Positions 10,073-19,807 of a stretch of DNA of 64,000 bases are shown in pieces. The notes under the pieces are model-generated. The model worked only from the letters and a program-made list of their open reading frames with translations. It did no database searches and had not been told where the DNA came from. The position numbers and the translations under genes are program-made. Each line of letters opens with the position of its first letter. Position 1 is the stretch's first letter. The DNA is from an uncultured Vampirovibrio sp. Lineage in GTDB: Bacteria; Cyanobacteriota; Vampirovibrionia; Gastranaerophilales; Gastranaerophilaceae. Location: NCBI GenBank assembly GCA_910577635.1, contig CAJTNR010000004.1, positions 19,538-83,537 of the forward strand. The letters are read 5' to 3'.

Positions 10073-10786
10073 ATGCCTAATATTGATATTCCTATCTACG
10101 ATAACCTTTTGCAATGGCAAAACAAGCACTATGCCAATGATACAACAGCACTTAATGCACTTGATGAAGGATATAATCAAGATAGTATTTTTGAAGTTTA
10201 CCAGCAGAAAAAAGAAGAAATTGGTCTTACTTTTGATTTTATGGAAGGAAAAGACCCCAAAAACGAGAACGACTATAAAACCCAGCTTGAAAAATTAGCG
10301 AAAGGCGAGCTTTCTTTTCACGACATTGACGAAGATGGAAAAATTTCTAAATCCGAGTATATTTTAAAAGAAGTTGGAAATATCAGCAACTACAAAAACG
10401 ACTTAGAAGCTTTTCAAGCAATTCTATACTCATATGTAATGTTTGAAGTATTAGATTGCGGCATGAAAGATTCAGTTGCCGATAATTCAATCAGTCAATC
10501 TGAATTTGAACATTTTTATATCAACTTAGACCAATATCAAGGTTTAGATGAAGAAAATAAACCTGTTTTAACTCAATCCGATGGAATTTTAGATATTGAT
10601 GCCTCAGGAAGCTTTTGTGTTGATATTCCTGGTTATTATAGCGGTGATTTAATTAATCAAGCTCTAGAATGCTATAATAACAACGATTTTGACAAAAACG
10701 ATTCTGATAGTCAAGATTTAAAAGACGCAAAAACCCTGGCAAGTTTTTGTAATAAAACCTTAGGAGTGATTAAGAAGTATTCTTAA
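10073..10786 (+). CDS. acidic protein with canonical EF-hand Ca2+-binding loop
   Basis: DIDEDGKISKSE (nt 10322-10357) fits the 12-residue EF-hand loop DxDxDGxIxxxE. A second, degenerate loop is DSVADNSISQSE. The rest is Asp/Glu/Asn-rich. Confidence 0.6.
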   Translation: MPNIDIPIYDNLLQWQNKHYANDTTALNALDEGYNQDSIFEVYQQKKEEIGLTFDFMEGKDPKNENDYKTQLEKLAKGELSFHDIDEDGKISKSEYILKEVGNISNYKNDLEAFQAILYSYVMFEVLDCGMKDSVADNSISQSEFEHFYINLDQYQGLDEENKPVLTQSDGILDIDASGSFCVDIPGYYSGDLINQALECYNNNDFDKNDSDSQDLKDAKTLASFCNKTLGVIKKYS

Positions 10787-11535
10787 TCTATTAGTTGAGT
10801 TGTAATCAGGGGTCCGTCTTGAGTTGCAATAACCGTGTGTTCAAAGTGCGCACTTGGTTTTTTGTCATTAGTTACAACAGTCCAGTTATCCTCTAGTGTG
10901 TGAACTTCATCGCACCCTAAGTTTAGCATAGGCTCAATTGCAATTGCACAGTTTGGTTTTATAATTATTTTAGAATTTGTCCTGTAGTTAAACAAAAAAG
11001 GCTCTTCGTGCATGTTTTTTCCAACCCCGTGGCCTCCGTATTCTCGAACAATTCCAACTTTACCTTCAAGCGCTGCATCTTCAATTGCAGCTGAAACAAG
11101 TTCTAAAGGTGAATCTGGAATCATTTGTTCAATTCCTTTAAAAAGAGCGTTTTTTGTAACTTCTAATAACTTTTGAACCTCACTTGAAATTTTCCCTACA
11201 GGATAAGTCCAGGCACCGTCTCCCACAAGTCCTCTAAAGGTTGCGCCAACATCAATCGAGACAATATCTCCTTCTTTTAGAATTACATCTTTATTAGGAA
11301 TCCCATGCACCACCTGTTCGTTAATTGAAGCGCAAATTGAAGCAGGAAAACCATTGTAACCTAAAAAAGTCGGAATTGCTTTGTTCTTTTTGATAATATC
11401 ATAAGCAATCTTATCCAATTCAAGTGTTGAAATCCCGGGTTCAATTACTTTTTCCATTTCCTTATGAACAAGAGCTACTATTGACCCTGCTATTTTCATT
11501 AGTTTAATTTCTTCTCTTGATTTTTTATTAATCAT
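10783..11535 (-). CDS. map: type I methionine aminopeptidase
   Basis: 250 aa with VVHGIP, DIVSIDVG, GHGVG and EPM motifs for the metal ligands of MetAP type I. Confidence 0.95.
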   Translation of the reverse strand: MINKKSREEIKLMKIAGSIVALVHKEMEKVIEPGISTLELDKIAYDIIKKNKAIPTFLGYNGFPASICASINEQVVHGIPNKDVILKEGDIVSIDVGATFRGLVGDGAWTYPVGKISSEVQKLLEVTKNALFKGIEQMIPDSPLELVSAAIEDAALEGKVGIVREYGGHGVGKNMHEEPFLFNYRTNSKIIIKPNCAIAIEPMLNLGCDEVHTLEDNWTVVTNDKKPSAHFEHTVIATQDGPLITTQLID

Positions 11536-11556
11536 AAAAATTTGCCTTTCAAATTA

Positions 11557-12792
11557 TTAAATTAAATCATTAAAACTATCAATTTTTCTTTGTTCTGCTG
11601 TTGTTAAGTCTTTTACGCTATAATACCCTTGGTTAATTTCATCCTCACCAAGAATAATAGCGCAAAGTGCGGTTTTTGACGCTTTTTCCAATTGCTTTGC
11701 AAATTTTCTGTTCTGATAGTCAAATTCAGCAGATTTTCCCTGTTCTCTTAGTTTTGTTGTTAGTTTTAGCGCTTCTTTTGGGTTATTTGAAACAACAAAA
11801 TAGTCAAGTTTTTTTGATTCAACCTTTTCAATTAAAGAATACAGTCTTTCAACTCCAAGCGCAAAACCAATTGCAGGGGTTTTAGGCCCTCCCAGGGTTT
11901 CAGTTAAATTATCATACCTTCCCCCTCCAAGAATTGCACTTTGAGATCCAAGTTTTGAGCTTTTAACTTCAAAAACGGTTCTATTGTAATAATCTAGACC
12001 TCTGACTAAAAATTTGTTAATTTTGTAGTTAATATTGAGCTCATCCAAGTATGAACAGAGGGTTTCGAAGTGATTTTTGCAGTCAGGACAAATATAGTCT
12101 TTAAGAACGATTTTTTTTACTTCTTCAAGTTCAAGAATTTCTTGACAGGAGTTTTGTTTGCAATCCAGTATTCTAAGAGGGTTTTTTTGATAGCGGATTT
12201 TGCAATCCTCGCACATTTTATCTATATGGGAAGATAAAACTTCTTTTATTGAAGCTTTGTATTCATTTTTGCACTTAGTGCACCCTAGAGAGTTTATTTC
12301 AACCTCAAAATCGGATAAGTTGAATGCTTTAAGAAAGGATAATGCTAATTGAATAATTTCAGCATCCATTGAAGGATTCTCACATCCGAATACTTCAACT
12401 CCAATCTGATGAAACTGCCTTTGACGACCGGCTTGCGGTCTTTCGTATCGAAACATTGGACCAAAATACCAGAATTTTTGAGGAGGACTCAAACGGGATA
12501 AATTGTGCTCAATAAAAGCTCTTACAACTCCTGCAGTGTTTTCAGGGCGAAGGGTGATGCTTGTTTCTTTTTTATCTATTCCTCCGATTGAAAAAGTATA
12601 CATTTCTTTATTAACAATATCACTAGATTCTCCTACACCTCTGTTGAATAGTTCGGTTGCTTCAAAAATTGGTGTTTGAATCTTTGAGAATCCTGCCAGG
12701 TGGAAAATATTAGAAGCAATTTTTTCAATTCTTTCCCAGTTATAAGATTCTAAAAACAGTATATCTTTTGTTCCTCTTTGCGCTTTAATCAT
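11557..12792 (-). CDS. hisS: histidine--tRNA ligase
   Basis: RGTKD at the N-terminus, LRPENTAGVVRA, FRYERPQAGRQRQFHQ (class II motif 2) and GGGRYD (motif 3). Confidence 0.95.
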   Translation of the reverse strand: MIKAQRGTKDILFLESYNWERIEKIASNIFHLAGFSKIQTPIFEATELFNRGVGESSDIVNKEMYTFSIGGIDKKETSITLRPENTAGVVRAFIEHNLSRLSPPQKFWYFGPMFRYERPQAGRQRQFHQIGVEVFGCENPSMDAEIIQLALSFLKAFNLSDFEVEINSLGCTKCKNEYKASIKEVLSSHIDKMCEDCKIRYQKNPLRILDCKQNSCQEILELEEVKKIVLKDYICPDCKNHFETLCSYLDELNINYKINKFLVRGLDYYNRTVFEVKSSKLGSQSAILGGGRYDNLTETLGGPKTPAIGFALGVERLYSLIEKVESKKLDYFVVSNNPKEALKLTTKLREQGKSAEFDYQNRKFAKQLEKASKTALCAIILGEDEINQGYYSVKDLTTAEQRKIDSFNDLI

Positions 12793-12859
12793 ATTTTTTT
12801 CCTTGTTTTTGTCAATTATAATTCTACAATAAAAAAGATAAAACGCTAAAGGAAAGTTT

Positions 12860-13519
12860 TTATAAGTTTTCGTTTTTTTCTAAATTAGGCAATCCATACC
12901 CTCCCCTTGGAGTTTCAAAACCAGCTGAGCGCTCAGGAAGGTTTTTGTATCCTTGATTAGATACAACAAATTTATATATATACTTATGGGTTTGACCGCC
13001 TTTTTCAAAAAGCTGTTTGATAACATTTTCTCTTTTAACTAAAGGATGAGAAATCTTTTCTAACTGCGGATTATCTTCCGTTAACTGCTTCCAGACCGCC
13101 CCTTCAAGAGTCCAGGCGTAGGTTTCTTCATTAATTGAATTTTCATCGTCCTGATGAATTGCCTCATGGGCTAAAAGTGCGCTTAGAGCTTCAATTGGAG
13201 CATCTTTATGCTTTTCGTTGATATAAATGCAGAGTCCTTTTCTTTCTAACCAGCCTAGAGCATCAAAATTAGCATAGAGAGGATTAATGTTTGCAAGGTT
13301 TGTAAATTCAATTTTTATAGGCTTTTCGGAATTATTGTTACCAAGGATTGCGTTTTTTGAAAATTTTCCTGTAGTATATTCCAGTTTTTCAACTGCCTGA
13401 ATTAAATTTGGATCTTTTGTAACTTTTCTATACTTTCTATAGAGTTCTTCATCAACTGCAAAAGCATTAGCAGCTAAGGCAGAAAACACAAAAAATGAAC
13501 TTAACAATTTCTTTTTCAT
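12860..13519 (-). CDS. secreted HExxH-motif protein (putative zinc metalloprotease-like)
   Basis: N-terminal signal peptide (MKKKLLSSFFVFSALAANAFA) and an LLAHEAIHQD (HExxH) motif. No specific family recognised. Confidence 0.6.
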   Translation of the reverse strand: MKKKLLSSFFVFSALAANAFAVDEELYRKYRKVTKDPNLIQAVEKLEYTTGKFSKNAILGNNNSEKPIKIEFTNLANINPLYANFDALGWLERKGLCIYINEKHKDAPIEALSALLAHEAIHQDDENSINEETYAWTLEGAVWKQLTEDNPQLEKISHPLVKRENVIKQLFEKGGQTHKYIYKFVVSNQGYKNLPERSAGFETPRGGYGLPNLEKNENL

Positions 13520-13623
13520 AGAATCCCCTCATAATAAAAAAATTAACTTATTAATATTATACGCATATATTATTTCTAATGACAAATTTAAATTATTCAA
13601 TTTTTTTATATTAGAATAAAGTT

Positions 13624-13962
13624 ATGCTTAAATATATAACACCAATTATTCTTCTTACAATTTCCAATGTCTTTATGACATTTGCCTGGTATGGGCATCT
13701 GCGCTATAAGAGCAAAGCAATAATGCTTGTTATTATAGTTTCGTGGTTAATTGCTTTTTTTGAATACTGTTTTCAGGTTCCTGCTAATCGTCTCGGGTAC
13801 GGGGTTTATAATGCTTTTGAGCTTAAAACAATTCAGGAGGTTATAACACTTATTGTTTTTAGTATTTTTAGCATTCTATACTTAAAAGAAGGTTTCCGCT
13901 CAAACTATCTTATTGGTTTTGTTTTTATAGTTCTTGCAGTATTTTTTATTTTTAAAAGGTAG
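13624..13962 (+). CDS. small DMT-superfamily membrane protein (DUF486-like)
   Basis: 112 aa with four predicted helices. The N-terminal pattern SNVFMTFAWYGHLRYK resembles the DUF486/DMT family. Confidence 0.7.
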   Translation: MLKYITPIILLTISNVFMTFAWYGHLRYKSKAIMLVIIVSWLIAFFEYCFQVPANRLGYGVYNAFELKTIQEVITLIVFSIFSILYLKEGFRSNYLIGFVFIVLAVFFIFKR

Positions 13963-13967
13963 TTTTT

Positions 13968-15209
13968 ATGACTCTTCACAACAAGCATTATTTACGATTC
14001 ATACTAATTTTTATTGCAACAATATTCTATTTTTTAGCAAATATTCAAAGGGTTAGTGTCCCTGGTGCAATTTTTGATAATTTGCAATCAGATTTTATGA
14101 CCGATGCTTCAAGAATAACTCTCTTAGGCGCTGTTTTTTGCTATATTTATGCTATAACCCAGCTTGTTGTAGGACTTTTAGTGGATAAAATCGGAGGTTT
14201 TAGGGTAGTTGCACTAGGATGCATTATTTTTTCTATTGGAGCAATTATTTTTCCTTTTTGTAATAATCTTGTTTTATTGTACTTATCAAGAGCTTTTTTG
14301 GGTTTTGGTGCGGCAACTTTTTACTTAAGCACTATAAGGGAAGTTAAAAAGTATTCTAAAGACAAAAACTTTTCTCTTAGTGTTTCATATATTCTTTTTA
14401 TAGGCTACAGCGGGGGAATTATTGCCAATGCTCCTTTTGTCTTTTTTGTTAATCAATGGGGCTGGAGAGCGGCTTTAGGGGCAATAGGGGTTTTTACTTT
14501 AGTACTTGGTTTAGTTTATCTTATCGTTCTTTTTATCTTTAAACCAGTCCATATTGAAAAAAAGACAAAGTTTTCCCTATCTCCTTTTCTTGAAGTTTTA
14601 TCAAAAAAAGAAAACATTAACCTTTATCTCTTTGGAAGCATAAACTATGGGCTTTATTATGTCTTACAAAGCGTTATAGGGAAAAAATTCTTAGAGGATT
14701 TTTGTTTTATAGGGGTTAATAAGGCTGCTCTGATTCTATCAATAATGGCTTTAATTTCTGCTTTTTCAGGTACAATCACCGCTTTTGTTTCAAAGTGTTT
14801 TTTGAACAATAAAAGAGCAATAATTTTTAAAACATTTGCTTTTTTATCTTTTTTATCTTGTTTATCAGTTTGTTTGTGTTTAGTTTTTAATATCCATACT
14901 AAACTAATTGCGCTGATATTTTGTATTCCTTCTTTTATTGGATCAATTTCGCCTCTTTTAATCCTTACTCTTCATTTGTATAACAGGTATCAGGTTTCAG
15001 CTACTGCTGTTTCAATACAAAACTTTGGTTTTTTTATGACAGTAGGATTATTAGGAACAATTATTGGACTGTTAATGAATGTTTTTGAGCCAATTAAAAA
15101 CGACTCAGGGGTTCTTGTTTATTCTAACAATTCATACCTGCTTGTTTTTGGTTTATTTTTGATTCTAAGTTTAGTTGAGTTTTATTATTCGCTAAAAATT
15201 AAAGATTAG
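13968..15209 (+). CDS. MFS transporter
   Basis: 413 aa with about 12 hydrophobic helices. An MFS-like loop motif (LLVDKIGGFRV) lies between TM2 and TM3. Confidence 0.8.
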   Translation: MTLHNKHYLRFILIFIATIFYFLANIQRVSVPGAIFDNLQSDFMTDASRITLLGAVFCYIYAITQLVVGLLVDKIGGFRVVALGCIIFSIGAIIFPFCNNLVLLYLSRAFLGFGAATFYLSTIREVKKYSKDKNFSLSVSYILFIGYSGGIIANAPFVFFVNQWGWRAALGAIGVFTLVLGLVYLIVLFIFKPVHIEKKTKFSLSPFLEVLSKKENINLYLFGSINYGLYYVLQSVIGKKFLEDFCFIGVNKAALILSIMALISAFSGTITAFVSKCFLNNKRAIIFKTFAFLSFLSCLSVCLCLVFNIHTKLIALIFCIPSFIGSISPLLILTLHLYNRYQVSATAVSIQNFGFFMTVGLLGTIIGLLMNVFEPIKNDSGVLVYSNNSYLLVFGLFLILSLVEFYYSLKIKD

Positions 15210-16606
15210 AACTTTTTAGTTACAAGGGCAAAAATATCATTATAACAAATTGCAATCATTAATAGAATTAGAAGAATAAAGAAAAAGTTATTAATCTTTT
15301 CAGCCGTTTTTTGACTTGGTTTTTTGCCTGTAATTTTTTCAACTATTAAAAATGCAATATGACCCCCATCAAGAGCAGGGATAGGTAAAAGATTCATAAT
15401 TGCAAGATTAATACTAATCATAGCAGTAAGCAATAGTCCATTAAGCATTCCTTTAGATGCTATAATATCTCCTCCGACTTTTACAATTGCAATTACTCCG
15501 TGCATATCAGAAGCACTTACTTTTCCTGTAATCAGCTGCCAGAGGCTAAATAGCATTGTTGCTGTAGTTGTGTATAAATAGTTAATTGATTTAACTATAA
15601 TTTGTCTAGGAGTTTTTGTTTCTTGATAAACATCATTAATTTCTAATAAAACTCCTAAAACCCCTTCTTGATTAACTTTTATATTATCTATAACTATTTC
15701 TTTATTGTTTCTAAGAACAGTTATTGATAAGGGTTTATAGGTATCAGACATTGCAATAGCTAAATCATTAAGACTTGTGTCAGAATCAAAGGTATAGGTT
15801 TTTTTATTGAGAATTTTATTTCTTAGCTCAATTTGGCTTTTGTTTAGTTCTATTCCTTGTTTTTTATATTTTTCCAATCCCGATAAGACATTATCATTAA
15901 CCAAAAGAGGATTTTCAGCAAATTGTTCCGCTAAAACTACAGTTGTACCTTTTTTTATTGTATTTTCTATCTTTGGATTGAGTTTTTTTAGCTCAATCAG
16001 GTTTTTTTCAATTAGAGTTTTTTGTGCGAAATTATCAAAAAGTTTTGAGTTTTGTGCAAAGAAACTAAGCTGGTATAAAGAATTAATTTTTTTACCATTA
16101 ACAGCTACAAACTTATCGTTTTTTTCTAAACCTCTAACTTGGGCATTTGAAGTGGTTTTATCAGAAAATCCACTGATGTAAATAACCTGTGAGCCTTGTG
16201 GAAGTTTTTGAAAGAAAATAGCAGCAGCAATTACAAGAAAAACTGCAAATACAATATTCATTAAAACCCCGGCGCTCACAACAAAAAGTTTTTGAGTAAT
16301 TGTTTTATTGTCATAGAGCTCAACTGAATCAGAAGGCAGATACTCGCTATCGTCTAGACCTTTATCTTCTTTTTCTTCTTTTGTTTGTGGTTCAGCTTCA
16401 GCAAAACTTACATAACCCCCAAATAAAAAAGCGTGAATGTAAAAAACTGTATCTTTCCATTTGAAAAGTTTCCAGGAAGGTCCAATGGGCATACCTATGC
16501 CAAACCTTGTAACTCTCACATTGCACATTCTTGCTGCTATAAAGTGTCCCAACTCATGCACAAGTACAAGTACACTAATGAGCAAAATCATTATTATTTG
16601 GTTCAT
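15206..16606 (-). CDS. rseP: RIP site-2 metalloprotease (M50 family)
   Basis: HELGHF in the first TM helix, a central PDZ-like region, and a C-terminal NLLPIPALDGGH motif typical of RseP. Confidence 0.85.
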   Translation of the reverse strand: MNQIIMILLISVLVLVHELGHFIAARMCNVRVTRFGIGMPIGPSWKLFKWKDTVFYIHAFLFGGYVSFAEAEPQTKEEKEDKGLDDSEYLPSDSVELYDNKTITQKLFVVSAGVLMNIVFAVFLVIAAAIFFQKLPQGSQVIYISGFSDKTTSNAQVRGLEKNDKFVAVNGKKINSLYQLSFFAQNSKLFDNFAQKTLIEKNLIELKKLNPKIENTIKKGTTVVLAEQFAENPLLVNDNVLSGLEKYKKQGIELNKSQIELRNKILNKKTYTFDSDTSLNDLAIAMSDTYKPLSITVLRNNKEIVIDNIKVNQEGVLGVLLEINDVYQETKTPRQIIVKSINYLYTTTATMLFSLWQLITGKVSASDMHGVIAIVKVGGDIIASKGMLNGLLLTAMISINLAIMNLLPIPALDGGHIAFLIVEKITGKKPSQKTAEKINNFFFILLILLMIAICYNDIFALVTKKF

Positions 16607-16617
16607 AAACTCCTCTT

Positions 16618-17577
16618 TTATTTTTTAGGGGTAACTTTTCTATAAAAACCAAAAAGTGTTGGTTTGTAAGAATTAAGATTTTTATTGGATTCAGCCAGTA
16701 AAAGTTTTAGTTTTTTATTCTGTTCCTCTAAAGAACGGGATTTATTTTCAAGTTTTTTATTTTTTTCTTTTAATTCAGATAACTGTGCTGAATTATCAAC
16801 ATCACGCAAATACATTGACCCAACGAATTTAGTAATTTTACGCGCAAGAGATCTTGCAATCATATTAAGAGTGCGCTCTGAGATATCCAGCTGGAATTCG
16901 TTGCTTTTTTGCTGTTCCTGGTCTTTTTTGTATTGTTCTGAATTAATATATTCTTTGAATTTTTCCTGAACTTCAAAAGAACTTGAAACAAGGCTCATAT
17001 CATCAGGGTCGGTATCTTTGCCGATTGATATAAGGTTTTGTTCAAATGCTTGCTGCTCTTTAATGTCTTCAGAAACAATCTGCATTGCACCTTCCAGGGT
17101 TCCAGGTCTTTTATGATGTTTTTTGAATTCGTCTATCTCATCTGTTTCTTTGTTTTCATCTTTGTCTTGTTCAAGATTTTCAGTTTTTTCATTTTCTGAA
17201 TTATCTGCTTCTGTTTCTACAATTTCCTTATCGGCTGTTGTTTGATCTTGCGCAGTTGCTTGTTCAATATTTTCTTTAAAAGATTCTTTTTGTTCTAATT
17301 CTTCTGGTTGTTGTGCAACAACAGTTTCTTGTTTTGTATCTTCTTTCATTGTTTCAATACCTTGAGGTTCTTGTGCGTCATTTGAAGCTGAAAAAAGATT
17401 GTTAATGATTAAATCCAGTGAGTTTTTATCATAGAACTCCTGTCCTTTTTCATCTTCAAAAATTGCTTCCACTTTCCATTGTTCAAAAAAGCTGTCTAGA
17501 GTATAGTTGTCAATATAATAACCCTTTGAAGCAAGATGTTCTAATATTTCACTTTTTGTATAAACATTTGATAACAT
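16618..17577 (-). CDS. hypothetical acidic coiled-coil protein (possible MerR-like N-terminal HTH)
   Basis: 319-aa ORF. The N-terminal 60 aa loosely follow a MerR-type HTH pattern (YTKSEILEHL...FYDKNSLDLI). A long Glu/Asp/Gln-rich linker follows, then a C-terminal coiled coil (KEKNKKLENKSRSLEEQNKKLKLLL). Confidence 0.6.
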   Translation of the reverse strand: MLSNVYTKSEILEHLASKGYYIDNYTLDSFFEQWKVEAIFEDEKGQEFYDKNSLDLIINNLFSASNDAQEPQGIETMKEDTKQETVVAQQPEELEQKESFKENIEQATAQDQTTADKEIVETEADNSENEKTENLEQDKDENKETDEIDEFKKHHKRPGTLEGAMQIVSEDIKEQQAFEQNLISIGKDTDPDDMSLVSSSFEVQEKFKEYINSEQYKKDQEQQKSNEFQLDISERTLNMIARSLARKITKFVGSMYLRDVDNSAQLSELKEKNKKLENKSRSLEEQNKKLKLLLAESNKNLNSYKPTLFGFYRKVTPKK

Positions 17578-17675
17578 AATTAACCTTATATTTATTATAA
17601 TCTAAAAATTTTTTCTAGTCTAGTCTCATAAAAAAAGCCTCAAAAAAAAGAGGCATTTATTGGTTGAGTATTATA

Positions 17676-18797
17676 TTAAATTGATTGTTTAACTCTTGAT
17701 AAAGAGCTTTTTAGACCGTTTGCAAGATCGCTTCTTCCGGATTGTTCGTAAATTTTTGTTACTGATTCTAAAAACTTTAAGTTGTCCGATTTAATTGTTT
17801 GTTTAACTGCGGGTTTTTCAACTTTTTTATTTGGTCTTTGAATATATGGGCTTGTAAATTTTTGAATATTTTCTCTTTTAGGAATCCCTACACTTTCTTT
17901 CTGGTTAAGTTTTATTACTTCTTGTTCTAAGTATGGATTTTTGGTGCTTTTTTGATACTGATTAAGAGCAATCCCCTTTTTAATAGGATCATAAACCTGT
18001 GCTTTTGGTTTTGTGCTGTATTTGTTTTTTAAATAATCCTGATACTTTTTGTGTGCTAAGCCAAGTTCCATTTGTGCTTTTTTAATTGTTTCGCTTCGTT
18101 TTGATAAATCATCCAATTCTTCTTGTTCTTGAATCGGCTCTTTATTAATATTCTGATTCAAACCGATTAAGGGTTCATTATCTAAAGATAGTTTTTTTGT
18201 TAATGATTTAATGATAAAAGCACTAAAGGCAAATACCGAAAGAATAATTAAAACAATTCCCAAGGGACCTTCTCTTAAACTTGAAAGAATAGCGCTTAGA
18301 AGCTGCGATAAATTGAAGGAATTATCATTCCAGCCTTGAATAATTTCACTATCATCAATATTTTGGTTAGTCGGCTGATAATCACTTAGAGGGCGGTTTA
18401 TAACCACTTTTTTTGAAGGATCTTTTGTTTCAAGCAATGAATTTACAAAAACAAGTTCTGTATTTTTTGCATTCTTCCCTTCAATATAAATTCTTACTTT
18501 GTTTTTATCAAGCTGTCTTACAACAACATTATCAATGTTTGTAACATCATCATATATTGTTCCTATTTCAGGAGCCAGAATTGAATTTTTTAAATCAAAA
18601 TAGATATTGCCGTCTTCATCTAAGTGGCTTTTAAACTGTGTGATTTTTGTTGAATCCACACTTAGTTCATAGGCATTTGCCCTTTCTTTTGAATTAGAAA
18701 TAGTAACCGAGGAAATAACATTCTCAGCTGCAAAACAAGGCAGTGCTATTATAGTAAACAATATCAAAAATAATATTCTTAAGGAATTTTTTCTCAT
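17676..18797 (-). CDS. hypothetical membrane protein with signal peptide and AMIN-like N-terminal domain
   Basis: Signal peptide, a beta-rich roughly 100-aa domain resembling AMIN domains (ISSVTISNS...YELSVDS...IYFDLKN...VVVRQLD...VRIYIEG), one internal TM helix and a Lys/Gln-rich tail. The domain call is tentative. Confidence 0.6.
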   Translation of the reverse strand: MRKNSLRILFLILFTIIALPCFAAENVISSVTISNSKERANAYELSVDSTKITQFKSHLDEDGNIYFDLKNSILAPEIGTIYDDVTNIDNVVVRQLDKNKVRIYIEGKNAKNTELVFVNSLLETKDPSKKVVINRPLSDYQPTNQNIDDSEIIQGWNDNSFNLSQLLSAILSSLREGPLGIVLIILSVFAFSAFIIKSLTKKLSLDNEPLIGLNQNINKEPIQEQEELDDLSKRSETIKKAQMELGLAHKKYQDYLKNKYSTKPKAQVYDPIKKGIALNQYQKSTKNPYLEQEVIKLNQKESVGIPKRENIQKFTSPYIQRPNKKVEKPAVKQTIKSDNLKFLESVTKIYEQSGRSDLANGLKSSLSRVKQSI

Positions 18798-18888
18798 TCC
18801 TAATACTCTCCCATAAAACCGTCTATAGTTAGATAATAGTAGATTTAGAGGATAGTATCATCAATCTTAGGATTGTTTTTTTATTGAT

Positions 18889-19362
18889 CTAAAGATTGAT
18901 TTTTTTTAGAACATTAACAGTTTCAATTGCCGCTTGAGCACACTCAGAGCCTTTATTTCCAGCTTTTGAGCCTGCGCGCTCTATTGCTTGAGCTAAAGTG
19001 TCTGTTGTTAGGACTCCGAATAATACCGGAGTTTGCGTTTGCATTGAAACAGAAGCAATTCCTTTTGAAAGTTCAGCACAAACATAGTCATAGTGGTCTG
19101 TTGAACCTTTAATTACAGCACCGAGAGCAACAATAGCACTATATTTTTTTGATTTAGCCGCAACAAGAGCTGTTAAGGGAATTTCAAAAGCCCCCGGAAC
19201 TTTTATAACGTCAATATTATTATCCTCGACATTGAGTCTTTTGAATGTGTCAAGAGCACCGTCAAGGAGTTTTGAACCTATAAAATCATTAAAACGGGAT
19301 ATTACAATACAAAATTTATCCTCTTTTTGTGCGTATAAATCACCTTCTAGAATATTTGCCAT
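18889..19362 (-). CDS. ribH: 6,7-dimethyl-8-ribityllumazine synthase
   Basis: 157 aa with [31 protein letters not shown] and FGVLTT motifs. Confidence 0.93.
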   Translation of the reverse strand: MANILEGDLYAQKEDKFCIVISRFNDFIGSKLLDGALDTFKRLNVEDNNIDVIKVPGAFEIPLTALVAAKSKKYSAIVALGAVIKGSTDHYDYVCAELSKGIASVSMQTQTPVLFGVLTTDTLAQAIERAGSKAGNKGSECAQAAIETVNVLKKINL

Positions 19363-19374
19363 TATATAAGCTCC

Positions 19375-19800
19375 TTACTTTTTTGCTTCTTCTTTAGTAT
19401 AAGTAACAACAGAGGGCGGTTTAATTACGCTTCTTGCGTCTAAAACGCCTTTTTTATCATAAGTTGTAATTATTATTAAGTTTAAATTATCATCAAACTG
19501 TACACTGCTGCATCCTTTACAATCAGCTTCGAATGTATAGGTTTGATTTTTGCTGTCATATGGATTTTTAGTTTTAGAATTAAGCTCATCCACAATTTTT
19601 TGAGCAGCCCTGGAAGGTTTAATCATTGGATTGAGGTTAAACTCCTCAAGAATTTTAGTTACAAAAACAGAGTTAACTTGAGAAACTTTCTCAATTCTTT
19701 TTGCTTCCTGTTTTTTTCTAAAATCTGGCAAAAAGTAACATCCAACTCCGATTGAAGCTAAAATTAGCACAAGAAGTGCAATTACTATAGTTTTTTTCAT
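19375..19800 (-). CDS. hypothetical membrane-anchored protein
   Basis: ORF with an N-terminal TM anchor (MKKTIVIALLVLILASIGVG). Start placed at ATG 19800 (AAAGG upstream), which avoids overlap with the upstream gene. Confidence 0.55.
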   Translation of the reverse strand: MKKTIVIALLVLILASIGVGCYFLPDFRKKQEAKRIEKVSQVNSVFVTKILEEFNLNPMIKPSRAAQKIVDELNSKTKNPYDSKNQTYTFEADCKGCSSVQFDDNLNLIIITTYDKKGVLDARSVIKPPSVVTYTKEEAKK

Positions 19801-19807
19801 ATTTTTT

